Part shown: one piece after another, positions 1-9,259 of the stretch
Numbering within the stretch: the stretch's first letter is position 1
How the letters are laid out: every line of letters starts with the position of its first letter
Assembly: GCA_046481705.1 (NCBI GenBank)
Contig: JAWOJK010000331.1
Coordinates: 1 to 58,650, forward strand
Length of the DNA stretch: 58,650 bases
Origin: Desulfobacterales bacterium
GTDB lineage: Bacteria > Desulfobacterota > Desulfobacteria > Desulfobacterales > JAABRJ01
Direction: 5' to 3'
Notes under the pieces: generated by a model
Seen by the model: the letters and a program-made list of their open reading frames with translations, nothing else
Database searches by the model: none
What the model was told of the DNA's origin: nothing
Made by a program: the position numbers and the translations under genes

Positions 1-83
1 GTCATGAATGCGCAGTCCTGACCCTTGCGAATGGTAATACAAATCATTGGAACTACCTCCTTGGAGTATACCGAACATAGAAA

Positions 84-121
84 GGGCCTGGAAACTGGTG
101 TTTCCGGCCCCATTCTTGTTT
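84..121 (+). terminator. Hairpin (5+6 bp GC-rich stem with one bulge, loop tggt) followed by a T-rich tract. Possible terminator of a gene lying before the window start.
   Basis: gggcc-t-ggaaac tggt gtttcc ggccc, then cattcttgttt. It is also T-rich on the other strand. Confidence 0.35.
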
Positions 122-358
122 AAATTCGGCGTTGATAAACTGGGGCAGTCTAAAGGTCAAAAGACGTTTTGTCAACAAAAAAAGAAAAGCGGGCAAGGCG
201 GCCGCCAGATGGCCGCCGGGCAGAAGGGCGTGACGCGGAATTGACCCGTGGAATTATTTACTTACCGCGACCCCAAGGGCTCGTGATTTCCGGCAATAGC
301 AGCCGACCTTGGCCGAAAGCGGCCGGGCTCTTTGTGGCAGCGGTCGAAAAACAATGCT

Positions 359-384
359 GACCGCCTGCGAGCGGCGGTCTTTTG
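359..384 (+). terminator. Rho-independent terminator-like hairpin
   Basis: gaccgcc tgcgagc ggcggtc (7-bp stem) followed by ttttg. No convincing CDS lies upstream. Confidence 0.4.
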
Positions 385-684
385 CCCCGTTCATGCCAGG
401 TATTCTTAATTTGCTTACTTTTTTCGGCGCAAGAGGTTGATTTCGGCATCCCAGTTAATATATTCAGAAGTAATCCAATGGGCGGAACCCCTTCCGCCCG
501 TTCCCTGCCCCGGGAGTCATTACCTTATGTCCCACGCCATCTGACAATCTCGCAGTCCGTTGCGTCTTACTGCAGAAATCCTGGCGGATTCGAGTTTTGC
601 AGAGGGCAATCGGTTTCCGGCGAGATCCACCGCTGTGCAACTGTTGATGGTCATGACAGCCAGCAAGCAAAGGGAGGAGAAAAC

Positions 685-1905
685 ATGAAAACAAAAGTGG
701 CAGTGGCGTTTGGTCTCGGACTGATTGCGACCCTGCTGGTCGGCTGTGCCGCCCAACAGCCGGTCAGTCCCTACGTGTTTGCACCCGAAAAAGTTCAGGC
801 CTACGGTCACGAACTGAAGGCGCCCAATTTCCTGGTGATCATGGACGCTTCCAGCTCCATGGGCGAGCGCTACACGGACCGCAGCAAATTCACCTTGGCC
901 AAAGAGGTGGTCGACCGTTTGAACCAGACCTTGCCCGACCTGGCCATGACGGGCGGGCTGCGAACTTTCGGTCACGGCAGCTGTATCGCCAAGGAGAGGA
1001 CCGTATTGCTTTCCGACATGGGTCCCCACAGCCAGCAGGCGCTTGCCGGCGGGCTTGAAAAAGCGGTTTGCGCCGGCGGCAACAGTCCCCTTGATGAAGC
1101 GCTGATGGCAGCCGTGGACGACCTCAAAGCGACTGCGGGCAACATTGCGCTGATCGTCGTCACCGACGGCAAAAAAATGGCCCCCACGACGGTCCCGGCA
1201 GCCGAAGCGCTGAAGGCCGAGTTTGGCGACCGGATCTGCTTCTTTCCCGTTCTGGTCGGCGATGACACGGGCGGCAAGGTCCTCGCGGATCAGCTGGCCG
1301 AGGTGGGCGGCTGCGGTTTTGCGGTCAACGCGGATGACATCATGGCCCCGGCGGCGATGTCCGGCTTCGTGACCAAGATTTTTATCGGTGACGCCCTGGA
1401 CAGTGACGGTGACGGCGTGCCTGACCATCTGGACAAGTGCCCCGATACCCCTGCCGGCGTTGTGGTGGATGCCGACGGTTGTCCGCTGGACAGTGACGGT
1501 GACGGGGTCCCTGACCATCTGGACAAGTGCCCCGGGACTCCCACCGGTGCCAAGGTCGACGCGGACGGCTGCTGGATTCTGGGCAGCTTTCTGTTCGACT
1601 TCGATAAGGCCATTGTCAGAGCCGATGCCGTGCCCGAGTTGATAGCCGTCGCGGACGTGCTGCGCAAGAATCCGGATCTGCAGATCATAGCCAATGGTCA
1701 TACCGACAATATCGGCACGGCCGAATACAACCAGGGCCTCTCCGAAAGGCGGGCCAGGGCCGTGATGCAGTTCCTGGTCGGCGAGGGCATCGCCGCGGAT
1801 CGGATGCAAACGGTCGGCCACGGGTTAAACGCCCCGGTTGCTGACAACGGGACCCCGGCGGGGCGCCAGCAGAACCGACGGGTTGAGCTGACGCCCATCA
1901 AGTAA
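685..1905 (+). CDS. OmpA-family outer-membrane lipoprotein with a vWA domain, two thrombospondin type-3 repeats and a C-terminal OmpA peptidoglycan-binding domain
   Basis: AGGGAGGAG RBS before the ATG at 685. Lipobox signal MKTKVAVAFGLGLIATLLVGC. vWA-like DASSSM motif. 2x DSDGDGVPDHLDKCP. C-terminal OmpA motif TDNIGTAEYNQGLSERRA...NRRVEL. The track ORF start at 382 is an upstream extension. Confidence 0.8.
   Translation: MKTKVAVAFGLGLIATLLVGCAAQQPVSPYVFAPEKVQAYGHELKAPNFLVIMDASSSMGERYTDRSKFTLAKEVVDRLNQTLPDLAMTGGLRTFGHGSCIAKERTVLLSDMGPHSQQALAGGLEKAVCAGGNSPLDEALMAAVDDLKATAGNIALIVVTDGKKMAPTTVPAAEALKAEFGDRICFFPVLVGDDTGGKVLADQLAEVGGCGFAVNADDIMAPAAMSGFVTKIFIGDALDSDGDGVPDHLDKCPDTPAGVVVDADGCPLDSDGDGVPDHLDKCPGTPTGAKVDADGCWILGSFLFDFDKAIVRADAVPELIAVADVLRKNPDLQIIANGHTDNIGTAEYNQGLSERRARAVMQFLVGEGIAADRMQTVGHGLNAPVADNGTPAGRQQNRRVELTPIK
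1399..1578 (+). repeat. Tandem 90-nt duplication inside the OmpA-family CDS, encoding the two TSP3 calcium-binding repeats
   Basis: gacagtgacggtgacgg(c/g)gt(g/c)cctgaccatctggacaagtgccccg occurs at 1399 and again at 1489. Confidence 0.8.
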
Positions 1906-1937
1906 GCCCCCCTGGCGGTTGCCGGTCATCGGCGAGG

Positions 1938-1973
1938 AGGGGAGGGCGCAAGACACCCGCCCCTCCCCCTTTG
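1938..1973 (+). terminator. Weak terminator-like hairpin after the OmpA-family gene
   Basis: aggggagggcg ... cgcccctccccct imperfect stem followed by ttt. Confidence 0.3.
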
Positions 1974-2120
1974 ATGGCGCCGCCATCCCGGTCGCCGGCG
2001 GCGCAGGTGCCGAAGGCACGTGAGCGCCCCTTAATGGTGCTCACGTGTCTTCGTCGTTTGGGTGGATGGTATGTGCTACAGGCCGGGGCAACCCGAAAGC
2101 TCAGTGAAAGGAGGCGGGTC

Positions 2121-4127
2121 ATGAAAAGAGCGCTGAAATGGGGGGCGATTGTCGGCGGGGGCGTGATTGCAGCGCTGATCGTGGCCCTTCTGGTGATTCC
2201 CAGGTTCGTGGATGTCCAGAAATACAAACCCTTGATCGAGGAGCGCGTGGCCGCTGCCACGGGTCGGCCGTTTGCCCTTGGCGGGGAGCTTAAACTGTCG
2301 CTTTTCCCGTGGGCCGGTCTTTCCTTATCCGATCTGCGCCTGGGCAATCCGCCGGGGTTTGCCGAAAAGGACCTGCTGGTGGTCAAGAACTTCGACGTGC
2401 GGGTCAAACTCCTGCCCCTGCTTTTCAGAGACGTTCAGGTCGAGCGCTTCGTTCTCACGGGGCCCCGGCTGGTTCTGGAGCGCCTGAAAAACGGAAGGGG
2501 CAACTGGGAGGGCATCGGGACGGCGGACAAGCGCGCCGCGGCCGCTAAGCCCACGGAAGCCCGCGGGGCCGCGCCCGACCCGTTGCCGATCAAGTCCCTG
2601 ATGGTGGGGGAGTTTTCCGTATCCGAGGGCAGCGTTGTGTGGATCGACCGCACCAAGCCCGAGCGCCGTGAAGTCACGGATTTCAACCTCAGACTCTCGG
2701 ATGTTTCCCTGGACAAACCCATCGGGGTGGTTCTTTCCGCCCTGCTGGATGCCAAACCCGTCTCTCTGGGGGGACGGGTGGGACCGGTGGGGCCAATCCC
2801 CGGCAAGGGGACGGTTCCAATCGATCTGGCCGTCACGGCCCTGAAAACGCTCGACCTGACGGTCAAAGGGCGTGTGGTAAACCCTGTCGATGCGCCGCAC
2901 TTCGATTTGGCCGTGGTGTTGGCCCCCTTCAGCCCGCGCAACCTGTACGCGGCGTTGGAACAGCCCTTTCCAGTCCAAACGGCGGATCCCGGCGCACTCC
3001 AGAAAGTGGGCATGAAGCTCGACCTGCAGGGCGACAACCGGCGGGTAAGCGGCCGCAACGGGCGGCTGGAACTCGATGACGCCTTGCTGGCTTTCGAGTT
3101 TGACGCAGCGGAATTCGACAAGCCGAAGGTAGACTTCAGCCTGGAACTCGACCAAATCGACCTGGACCGCTATCTGCCGCCGGCTGAAGACCAAAAACAA
3201 GTCGCCACCGGGGAACCCGGCGGCACAAAGGGGGGGGGTAAAGCCCCGCCCGACTTCAGCCCCCTTCGTCGCCTGGAACTGGATGCAACTTCCAAAATCG
3301 GAAACCTCAAGGTCGCCAAGGCCGGGGTCCAGGATCTGAGCCTTCGGGTCACCGGCCGCAACGGTATTTTCCGGCTGAACCCCCTGACCCTCAAGCTGTA
3401 CCAGGGAGACCTGGCAATCACCGGCACGCTGAACCTCCAGACCAACACCCCGCGCACCGATCTCGCGCTCCAGATGAGGGATGTGCAGGTCGGCCCCCTG
3501 CTTAAAGACCTGAAAGACATGGAGGTCCTCACGGGCACCACCCGGGCGGAGATGGAGTTGCGGATGGCCGGCCTGGATGCCGAGGCCATCACGCCGACCC
3601 TCAACGGTAAGGGCAGCCTGGTTTTCAGCGACGGGGCCGTCAAGGGGCTCGATCTGGCCGGCATGGTGCACAATGCCAAGGCCGCCTTCGGCCTGGCAGC
3701 GGCCGCGACAACCCGCCCGCAGACCGATTTTAGTGAGCTGAAGGTGCCCTTCACCCTTGACGACGGGGTTTTCAAGACAACCGAAACCTCTCTCCAGTCA
3801 CCGGCGTTGCGGGTGCTGGCGGCCGGCCAGGCGGACCTGGTGCGGGAAACCCTCGACTTCCGGATCGACCCCAAATTTGTGGCGACCCTCAAAGGACAGG
3901 GTGACGCGACCGACCGAACGGGGGTCACGGTGCCGGTGCTGGTATCGGGCACTTTTGCCAAGCCGTCCTTCCAGCCGGACCTCAAAGGTTTGGTGCAGCA
4001 GCATTTCGGAGAGGAGCTCAAGGATGTCCAGCAAAAGATCGAGAAGGGCGAGTTTAAAAAAGACGATCTGAAATCTTTGGAAAAGAAAGCCAAGGGGATT
4101 CTGAAGGGCCTGCCTTTCGGCAACTGA
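2121..4127 (+). CDS. AsmA-family protein (N-terminal membrane anchor, large periplasmic beta-rich domain)
   Basis: GGAGG RBS before the ATG at 2121. N-terminus MKRALKWGAIVGGGVIAALIVALLVIPRFVD is typical of AsmA. Size is 668 aa, with repetitive L-x-L/G-rich AsmA-like segments and a C-terminal lysine-rich tail. Confidence 0.7.
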   Translation: MKRALKWGAIVGGGVIAALIVALLVIPRFVDVQKYKPLIEERVAAATGRPFALGGELKLSLFPWAGLSLSDLRLGNPPGFAEKDLLVVKNFDVRVKLLPLLFRDVQVERFVLTGPRLVLERLKNGRGNWEGIGTADKRAAAAKPTEARGAAPDPLPIKSLMVGEFSVSEGSVVWIDRTKPERREVTDFNLRLSDVSLDKPIGVVLSALLDAKPVSLGGRVGPVGPIPGKGTVPIDLAVTALKTLDLTVKGRVVNPVDAPHFDLAVVLAPFSPRNLYAALEQPFPVQTADPGALQKVGMKLDLQGDNRRVSGRNGRLELDDALLAFEFDAAEFDKPKVDFSLELDQIDLDRYLPPAEDQKQVATGEPGGTKGGGKAPPDFSPLRRLELDATSKIGNLKVAKAGVQDLSLRVTGRNGIFRLNPLTLKLYQGDLAITGTLNLQTNTPRTDLALQMRDVQVGPLLKDLKDMEVLTGTTRAEMELRMAGLDAEAITPTLNGKGSLVFSDGAVKGLDLAGMVHNAKAAFGLAAAATTRPQTDFSELKVPFTLDDGVFKTTETSLQSPALRVLAAGQADLVRETLDFRIDPKFVATLKGQGDATDRTGVTVPVLVSGTFAKPSFQPDLKGLVQQHFGEELKDVQQKIEKGEFKKDDLKSLEKKAKGILKGLPFGN

Positions 4128-4174
4128 CCGCTTTTTTCCGGTCCATCAGTTCTTGCGGCGAGGAATATTCATTC

Positions 4175-5149
4175 ATGGTTACCCAACAAGCGGCTGATGT
4201 CATTCGAATCGAGGCCGAAGGGCTTCTTCGGCTGGCCGAAAGGATCGACGAGAGTTTCGCCCGGATGGTGGCGGCCATTTGCAGCGCCAGCGGTCGGGTT
4301 GTCATCGCCGGAATCGGCAAGTCCGGACTGGTGGGGCGTAAGATCGTGGCGACCCTCAACAGCACAGGCACCCGCTCTTTGTTTCTGCATCCGGTGGAGG
4401 CCATGCACGGTGATCTCGGGATGGTCTGCCGGGACGATGTGTTCCTGGCACTGTCCAACAGCGGCGAAACCGAGGAGCTCAACATGCTGGTGCCGATCAT
4501 TCGCGACATCGGATGCACCGTGATCGCCCTGACCGGTAAGACCGGCTCCACCCTGGCCAAGGCGAGCGACATTGTGATCGACGTCGGGGTGGCGCGTGAG
4601 GCCTGCCCCTTGGGGTTGGCCCCCACCGCCAGCACGACCGCCCTGCTGGCGATGGGGGATGCGCTGGCGGTGGTGCTCATCAACCGCAAGAACTTCAAGA
4701 CCTCGGATTTCAGGAGATTTCACCCCGGCGGGTCTCTGGGGCAACGGCTTTCCCGCTGTGTTGCGGACTTTATGCTGACCGGCGGCGTCGTTCCGCAGGT
4801 GGCCCCGGGCACCCCCATGGCGGCGGCCATCAAGGAAATTGACCGCTGCGGGCTGGGGGCCACCCTGGTGGTGCAGCCGGATGGCTTTCTTGCCGGGATC
4901 GTCACCGACGGCGACATTCGGCGCTGGCTTTCGCGCAACACGGATATCCTGCGGGAGACGGTGGCGGCCGTCATGACCCCCCAACCCCGCTCCGTCAGCC
5001 CCGAGACGCCGGCCTTCGACGCGCTCAACATCATGGAGCATTTTCAGATCACGGTGCTGCCGATCACCAACCCCATCGGCAAAGTCAGGGGCGTGCTGCA
5101 TCTGCACGACATTCTGGGAAAAGGTGAGTTTAAATTCAATGGACGCTGA
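4175..5149 (+). CDS. kdsD: Arabinose-5-phosphate isomerase (KdsD/KpsF; SIS domain plus tandem CBS)
   Basis: VVIAGIGKSGLVGRKIVATLNSTGTRSLFLHPVEAMHGDLGMV, SNSGETEE, and a C-terminal CBS pair. GAGGAA RBS. Confidence 0.85.
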   Translation: MVTQQAADVIRIEAEGLLRLAERIDESFARMVAAICSASGRVVIAGIGKSGLVGRKIVATLNSTGTRSLFLHPVEAMHGDLGMVCRDDVFLALSNSGETEELNMLVPIIRDIGCTVIALTGKTGSTLAKASDIVIDVGVAREACPLGLAPTASTTALLAMGDALAVVLINRKNFKTSDFRRFHPGGSLGQRLSRCVADFMLTGGVVPQVAPGTPMAAAIKEIDRCGLGATLVVQPDGFLAGIVTDGDIRRWLSRNTDILRETVAAVMTPQPRSVSPETPAFDALNIMEHFQITVLPITNPIGKVRGVLHLHDILGKGEFKFNGR

Positions 5150-6098
5150 GAATCCCCAGGCCCCCCGGGGGCTGATTTGCCCGCTGGTCACCCCGCTGAC
5201 GGCGAGCGGCGAATTGGATGTGCCGTCTCTCGAGCGCCTGCTCGGCCATGTGCACCGCTTCGCGGACGCCCTGCTCGTCGGGGACCTGATCTGGGGGGAG
5301 GGGCTGGCGCTGTCCGAGACCGTCCGACTGGCGCTGCTGGCTGCGGTGCGCGACGCCAATCGGGGCCGCAAGCCGCTGCTGGTGACGGTTACCGGCCGGC
5401 ATCCGGCCGATACGCGGCGGTTTATGCGCGCCGCCGAGGCGCTGCTGACCGGAAGCGGCGATCCGGGCGGGGTCTGCTGGGTGGACTACCCGCTGGTTTA
5501 TCACAGCAACCGTGGGTTGCCGCAGTTCTACCGCGAACTGGCCGCTGACACGCGCTTTCCCTTCATTATCGCCAATCACCCGTCACTGGTCCAGCACCTG
5601 AAGGGGCCGCGGCGCCTCAAAAACATTCGGACCAGCGTGCTCAAGAAAGTCGCCGCCAGTCCGGCGCTGAAGGGCCTGATCTTTGTGGGGGACCTCAAAC
5701 GGGCCCTCAATTATCACCTGGCGCTGCGGGGCCGCGACAGGTTTATGTTCTACGACGGCGATGAGCGGGGCTTCCTCAAAAGCCCGGCCTCCGGCGGGGT
5801 CGTGGCCGGCGGCAGCAACCTGCTGCCGAGCATTTGGAAGGCTGTCACGCGCTCGTCTCTCGACTGGCTGGAAGAGGGGCGGCGCTTTCTCCCCCACCCC
5901 GCGAGCCTGCTCCAATCCGGCATCATGCTGCGAACCCTCGGGGAGTTGTGCCGCAGCGCGCCCGCGGTTCAGATTAAAACCATCCTTCAGCGGGTGGGCA
6001 TCATCGCCAGTGATGCCGCCGCGGCCCCGGGGGGGGTGCACGATCCCGGGTGGGAGGTGGATTTGAGGGCGTTTTTAAGCGCCTACGACCTTCTCTGA
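5124..6098 (+). CDS. Divergent DapA/N-acetylneuraminate-lyase (class I aldolase) family protein
   Basis: N-terminus LICPLVTPLTASGELDVPSLERLL resembles the DapA family, but the canonical GxTGE motif is degenerate (WGEG). The start is uncertain: 5124, or 5139, which overlaps the kdsD stop. Confidence 0.5.
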   Translation: MSLNSMDAENPQAPRGLICPLVTPLTASGELDVPSLERLLGHVHRFADALLVGDLIWGEGLALSETVRLALLAAVRDANRGRKPLLVTVTGRHPADTRRFMRAAEALLTGSGDPGGVCWVDYPLVYHSNRGLPQFYRELAADTRFPFIIANHPSLVQHLKGPRRLKNIRTSVLKKVAASPALKGLIFVGDLKRALNYHLALRGRDRFMFYDGDERGFLKSPASGGVVAGGSNLLPSIWKAVTRSSLDWLEEGRRFLPHPASLLQSGIMLRTLGELCRSAPAVQIKTILQRVGIIASDAAAAPGGVHDPGWEVDLRAFLSAYDLL

Positions 6099-6164
6099 CA
6101 GCACACCCCCTTGCGCGCGCGCTTTTCCCATCGTTGAAAAACAGGCGACGATCCGCCGCTGTTA

Positions 6165-8078
6165 TCAGGGACGCCGTATCACCTCAAAACGGTGCCCGCG
6201 GATGGTGAGCAGGAAGGCCGCTTTGCGCGCCTCGCCGTTGGACTCAAAGGCCGTCAGGCCGGTCACGCCGGGAAAGCCCTCCATGCTCAGCAACTGCTCC
6301 TTCAGGCTGCCCTGCAAGCGGATGCCGGGAGCGCCGGCAGTCTGGAAGATCAGCATGGCCGAATCGTAGGCGATGGCCTCGATGAAGCCCGGCAGGGTCC
6401 CGAAGGTCGCCTGGAAGTCGGCCACGAATTCGGAGACCTCGGGGGCCGAGCTCTCCACGAAAAAGCCGTCGCTCAGGACCGCGCCCTGCACGTAGCGTGC
6501 GGCAATTTCGATCAGGTGCGGGGAGTGCCACAGGTTGGTCCCCAGCAGGTGCACCTGCTGGATGTCATGGTAGGCCAGTTGGGGAACGATCAGACCGACC
6601 GTGGCGGCACTGTCGGGTATAAACACGGCATCGAAGTCGACGATGGCCGGCGGCGCCTCTCTGCCGCCCTCATCTGCGGCGCCCATTTTCAGCGATTGGG
6701 TGCGCAAGCTGGAAGGGAAGTTGTAGAAACGGCCGGTCAGCTTTTTTATAGGCTCGGCAAAATCGGTCATATCCGGCGGGTAGGATTCCAGCGCGGTGAC
6801 CTCCCCGCCGTGGGCCAGGACTTCATCCCAGAAGGCGGCCATAAAAGTTTGGCCGTAGGTTTCATCCGGGTAGAGAATCGCAAACCGCCTGGCCCCCAAC
6901 TCCTGGGTGGCATAGGCCACCAGCGCCTGGGCTTGCATCCGGGGCGTGAGGAAATTGCGGAAAACATAGTCCCCGATATCCACAATATTCTGTTTCTGGG
7001 TCAGGGCAATGATCGGGATGCCCTGCTGCTGGGCCTCTTCGGCGGCCTCTGCGGCCGTGATGAGCGACCCGACGATGGCGGTGGCGTTTTCCTGGGCCAG
7101 CTCCTGGACCCGTCGAATTGCCGTCTGGGGGTCCGAGGCCGTATCCTTGACGATCAGCCGAATCTGTGCGTCCGGATGGCGCGCCGCATAGCGGCTCAGG
7201 GCCAGTTGGATGCCTTTCAGGGCCCGGGCCCCGTAGTCGCGGTAAACGCCGCTCATCGGCAGCAGGCCGCCTAAGGTCACCTCAAACGGGGTGCGCTGCT
7301 GCAGCGCCTGGCGGAGGGCCGCCGCCTGGGGGGCGGACGCATGCTGCGGGAAGCGGGCCTCAAAATCGGCAAAGGTTTGTTCGGCCGCTTCGTATTGCCC
7401 CGCCTCCACCTGGTGGAGCCCCAGCTGGTATAGCAGGTAGCCGGCCAGGACAGGGTTGGTGGCCTTTTCCAGCAGTTCTCCGACCGCCGCCGGATCGAGT
7501 TTTGACATGGCCTCCTTTAACCGTTCGGCAACCGGCTCCCCCCGGTCCGGCATCAGGTCCAGGGCCTGGCCGTAATAGCGCAGCGCCTCGGCCGGGGCAT
7601 CGAGGGATTGAAAGGCATCGCCGGTCAGCAGATAGGCATTGAACAGGCTTTCGGATGACGTCAGGCGTTTGAAGAGGTCCGGTGCCCCCTGGATGACCCG
7701 TTCGTATTGGCCTTCCCTGTAAAAGGTTTCCAGAAAAGCCACAGCCGCTGCCTCTGCCCGGGGGCTTGCGGGAAATTCGGTCATCACCCGGTTGAAGGCC
7801 TCCCGGGCGCGGAGCATGTCGCCCAGCCGCGAACGGATCTCCCCGGCCTGCAGCAGCGCCTCGGGTACCAGGCGGCTGTCAGGGTAGCGGGCGATCAGCG
7901 CATCAAAATCCGCCAACGCCCGCATCTCTTCGCCGGCGGCCTGGCTTCGGCGGGCCGCATCCAGAAGGGACTGGTCGGGGGCTTCCGCCATCACTCCCGG
8001 GGCCAGGCTCGGCTTGGGCGCACAGGCGGCCAGCAGCAACAGGACGCTCAGGAGGGCCAGAGGCCGTAATTGTGTCAT
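6165..8078 (-). CDS. Lipoprotein with an N-terminal TPR region and a C-terminal type-I periplasmic binding fold (LpoA-like PBP activator or Leu/Ile/Val-binding family)
   Basis: Lipobox LLLLAAC. TPR-like repeats. The C-terminal half resembles LivK/LpoA-type receptor family ligand-binding domains. Confidence 0.6.
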   Translation of the reverse strand: MTQLRPLALLSVLLLLAACAPKPSLAPGVMAEAPDQSLLDAARRSQAAGEEMRALADFDALIARYPDSRLVPEALLQAGEIRSRLGDMLRAREAFNRVMTEFPASPRAEAAAVAFLETFYREGQYERVIQGAPDLFKRLTSSESLFNAYLLTGDAFQSLDAPAEALRYYGQALDLMPDRGEPVAERLKEAMSKLDPAAVGELLEKATNPVLAGYLLYQLGLHQVEAGQYEAAEQTFADFEARFPQHASAPQAAALRQALQQRTPFEVTLGGLLPMSGVYRDYGARALKGIQLALSRYAARHPDAQIRLIVKDTASDPQTAIRRVQELAQENATAIVGSLITAAEAAEEAQQQGIPIIALTQKQNIVDIGDYVFRNFLTPRMQAQALVAYATQELGARRFAILYPDETYGQTFMAAFWDEVLAHGGEVTALESYPPDMTDFAEPIKKLTGRFYNFPSSLRTQSLKMGAADEGGREAPPAIVDFDAVFIPDSAATVGLIVPQLAYHDIQQVHLLGTNLWHSPHLIEIAARYVQGAVLSDGFFVESSAPEVSEFVADFQATFGTLPGFIEAIAYDSAMLIFQTAGAPGIRLQGSLKEQLLSMEGFPGVTGLTAFESNGEARKAAFLLTIRGHRFEVIRRP

Positions 8079-8252
8079 GGGCTGTCACCTTCCAACCGCG
8101 ATACGTTGACCATTACCCGCAGGGGCAGGGCGCGGCGCAGGCCCGCCCGGGATGCCCGCCTTATACATTAATCGCAGTCGTTTTGACAAAACAATTCTGG
8201 CAGAGCGTTGAACCTCAGCCCTCGGCAGGCGGCCGTGGCCCCGGCTTTTTGC

Positions 8253-8282
8253 TTGACACTTAGGCCGCCTCTTCCCTATAGT
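8253..8282 (+). promoter_or_regulatory. Sigma-70-type promoter candidate (TTGACA-N18-TATAGT) for the ABM-domain gene
   Basis: ttgaca at 8253-8258 and tatagt at 8277-8282. Confidence 0.45.
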
Positions 8283-8389
8283 CGTTGGTAGAAAATAAGG
8301 ACCAGCCGGGTTTCTTTTCCTTAGAGTTTGTTCCATTTCCGGCGGGAGGCGGCGAAAGTGCAAACCACTGCACACGAAAGGGGGGGCCG

Positions 8390-8677
8390 ATGGCGATCAA
8401 GATTTTGATAAAACGACACTTGGCAGTGGATAAAATTCGGGAGCTGCTGCCGCTTGTCAAAAAATTGCGGACGCTGGCAACCAACCAGACCGGTTATATT
8501 TCCGGTGAAACCTTGCGAAGCATTGAAGACCCGGGGGAATATCTGGTTATCAGCACGTGGCTCTCCCTTGAGGAGTGGCGGAATTGGTTCGACAACCCCG
8601 AGCGCCTCGCTGTCCAAAAACAGATCGACGCGCTGACGGATAGAGCGGCCGAATACAAACTCTATGATTACGCCTGA
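8390..8677 (+). CDS. Antibiotic-biosynthesis-monooxygenase (ABM, ferredoxin-like) domain protein
   Basis: MAIKILIKRHL...YLVISTWLSLEEWRNWFDNPER is the typical ABM pattern. The ATG at 8390 lies in frame inside the track ORF 8285..8677. Confidence 0.6.
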   Translation: MAIKILIKRHLAVDKIRELLPLVKKLRTLATNQTGYISGETLRSIEDPGEYLVISTWLSLEEWRNWFDNPERLAVQKQIDALTDRAAEYKLYDYA

Positions 8678-9259
8678 GCAGGCCCGAACCCCATACCGGC
8701 CGATGCCGCTTTTTAACGGTTAGCCTATGACAGCCTCTTTTCAAACGACCCACTTCGCTCCGGTGGCGTATGTGCCGCCTGAAAACCTGCCTGCCCGCCG
8801 CGACGCCGGGCCCCTTGCCCTCACGGGGCGCATGACCGCCTTGCGCCCCGCCGTGGTCCATCTTCGGCTGGTTGCGGGCGGCGCTACGGCCGCATTGGGT
8901 TGCAGCGAGGTCTACACGGCTCGCCGTGAGGTGCTCAGGGCTGCAAACGCCTGCGTCGGTCGCTTGATCGACGTTTATGCCTGAAAAGGGGTGTGCGGCC
9001 GATTGGACGGCGGGGTTCCGGAAGACAGGTGCACCCCATCCGGACAGCCGACCCGGCGCCGCGATACGGGTAAACACCCGTCGGATCCCGCGCGCTGACA
9101 TCGATTAGGGGTCGCGAAAGCGTTTTGCGCCCTGCGCTGCCGCGACGCTGGGACGTGGATTCTGAGCGTGCAGGCCGCTGCAACCGAATGCCCGTTTCGT
9201 GCCCCCGGCATCGGATTTGAGCTTCGCAACCAATTCCCCAAGACACGGAGGACGCGTTT

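Noticed and set aside
240-360. SRP (4.5S) RNA-like segment (tccggcaatagcagcc)
   Set aside because: It resembles the domain IV motif only superficially. The GNRA-tetraloop context and the 3'-side AGCAGCC placement do not fit on either strand.
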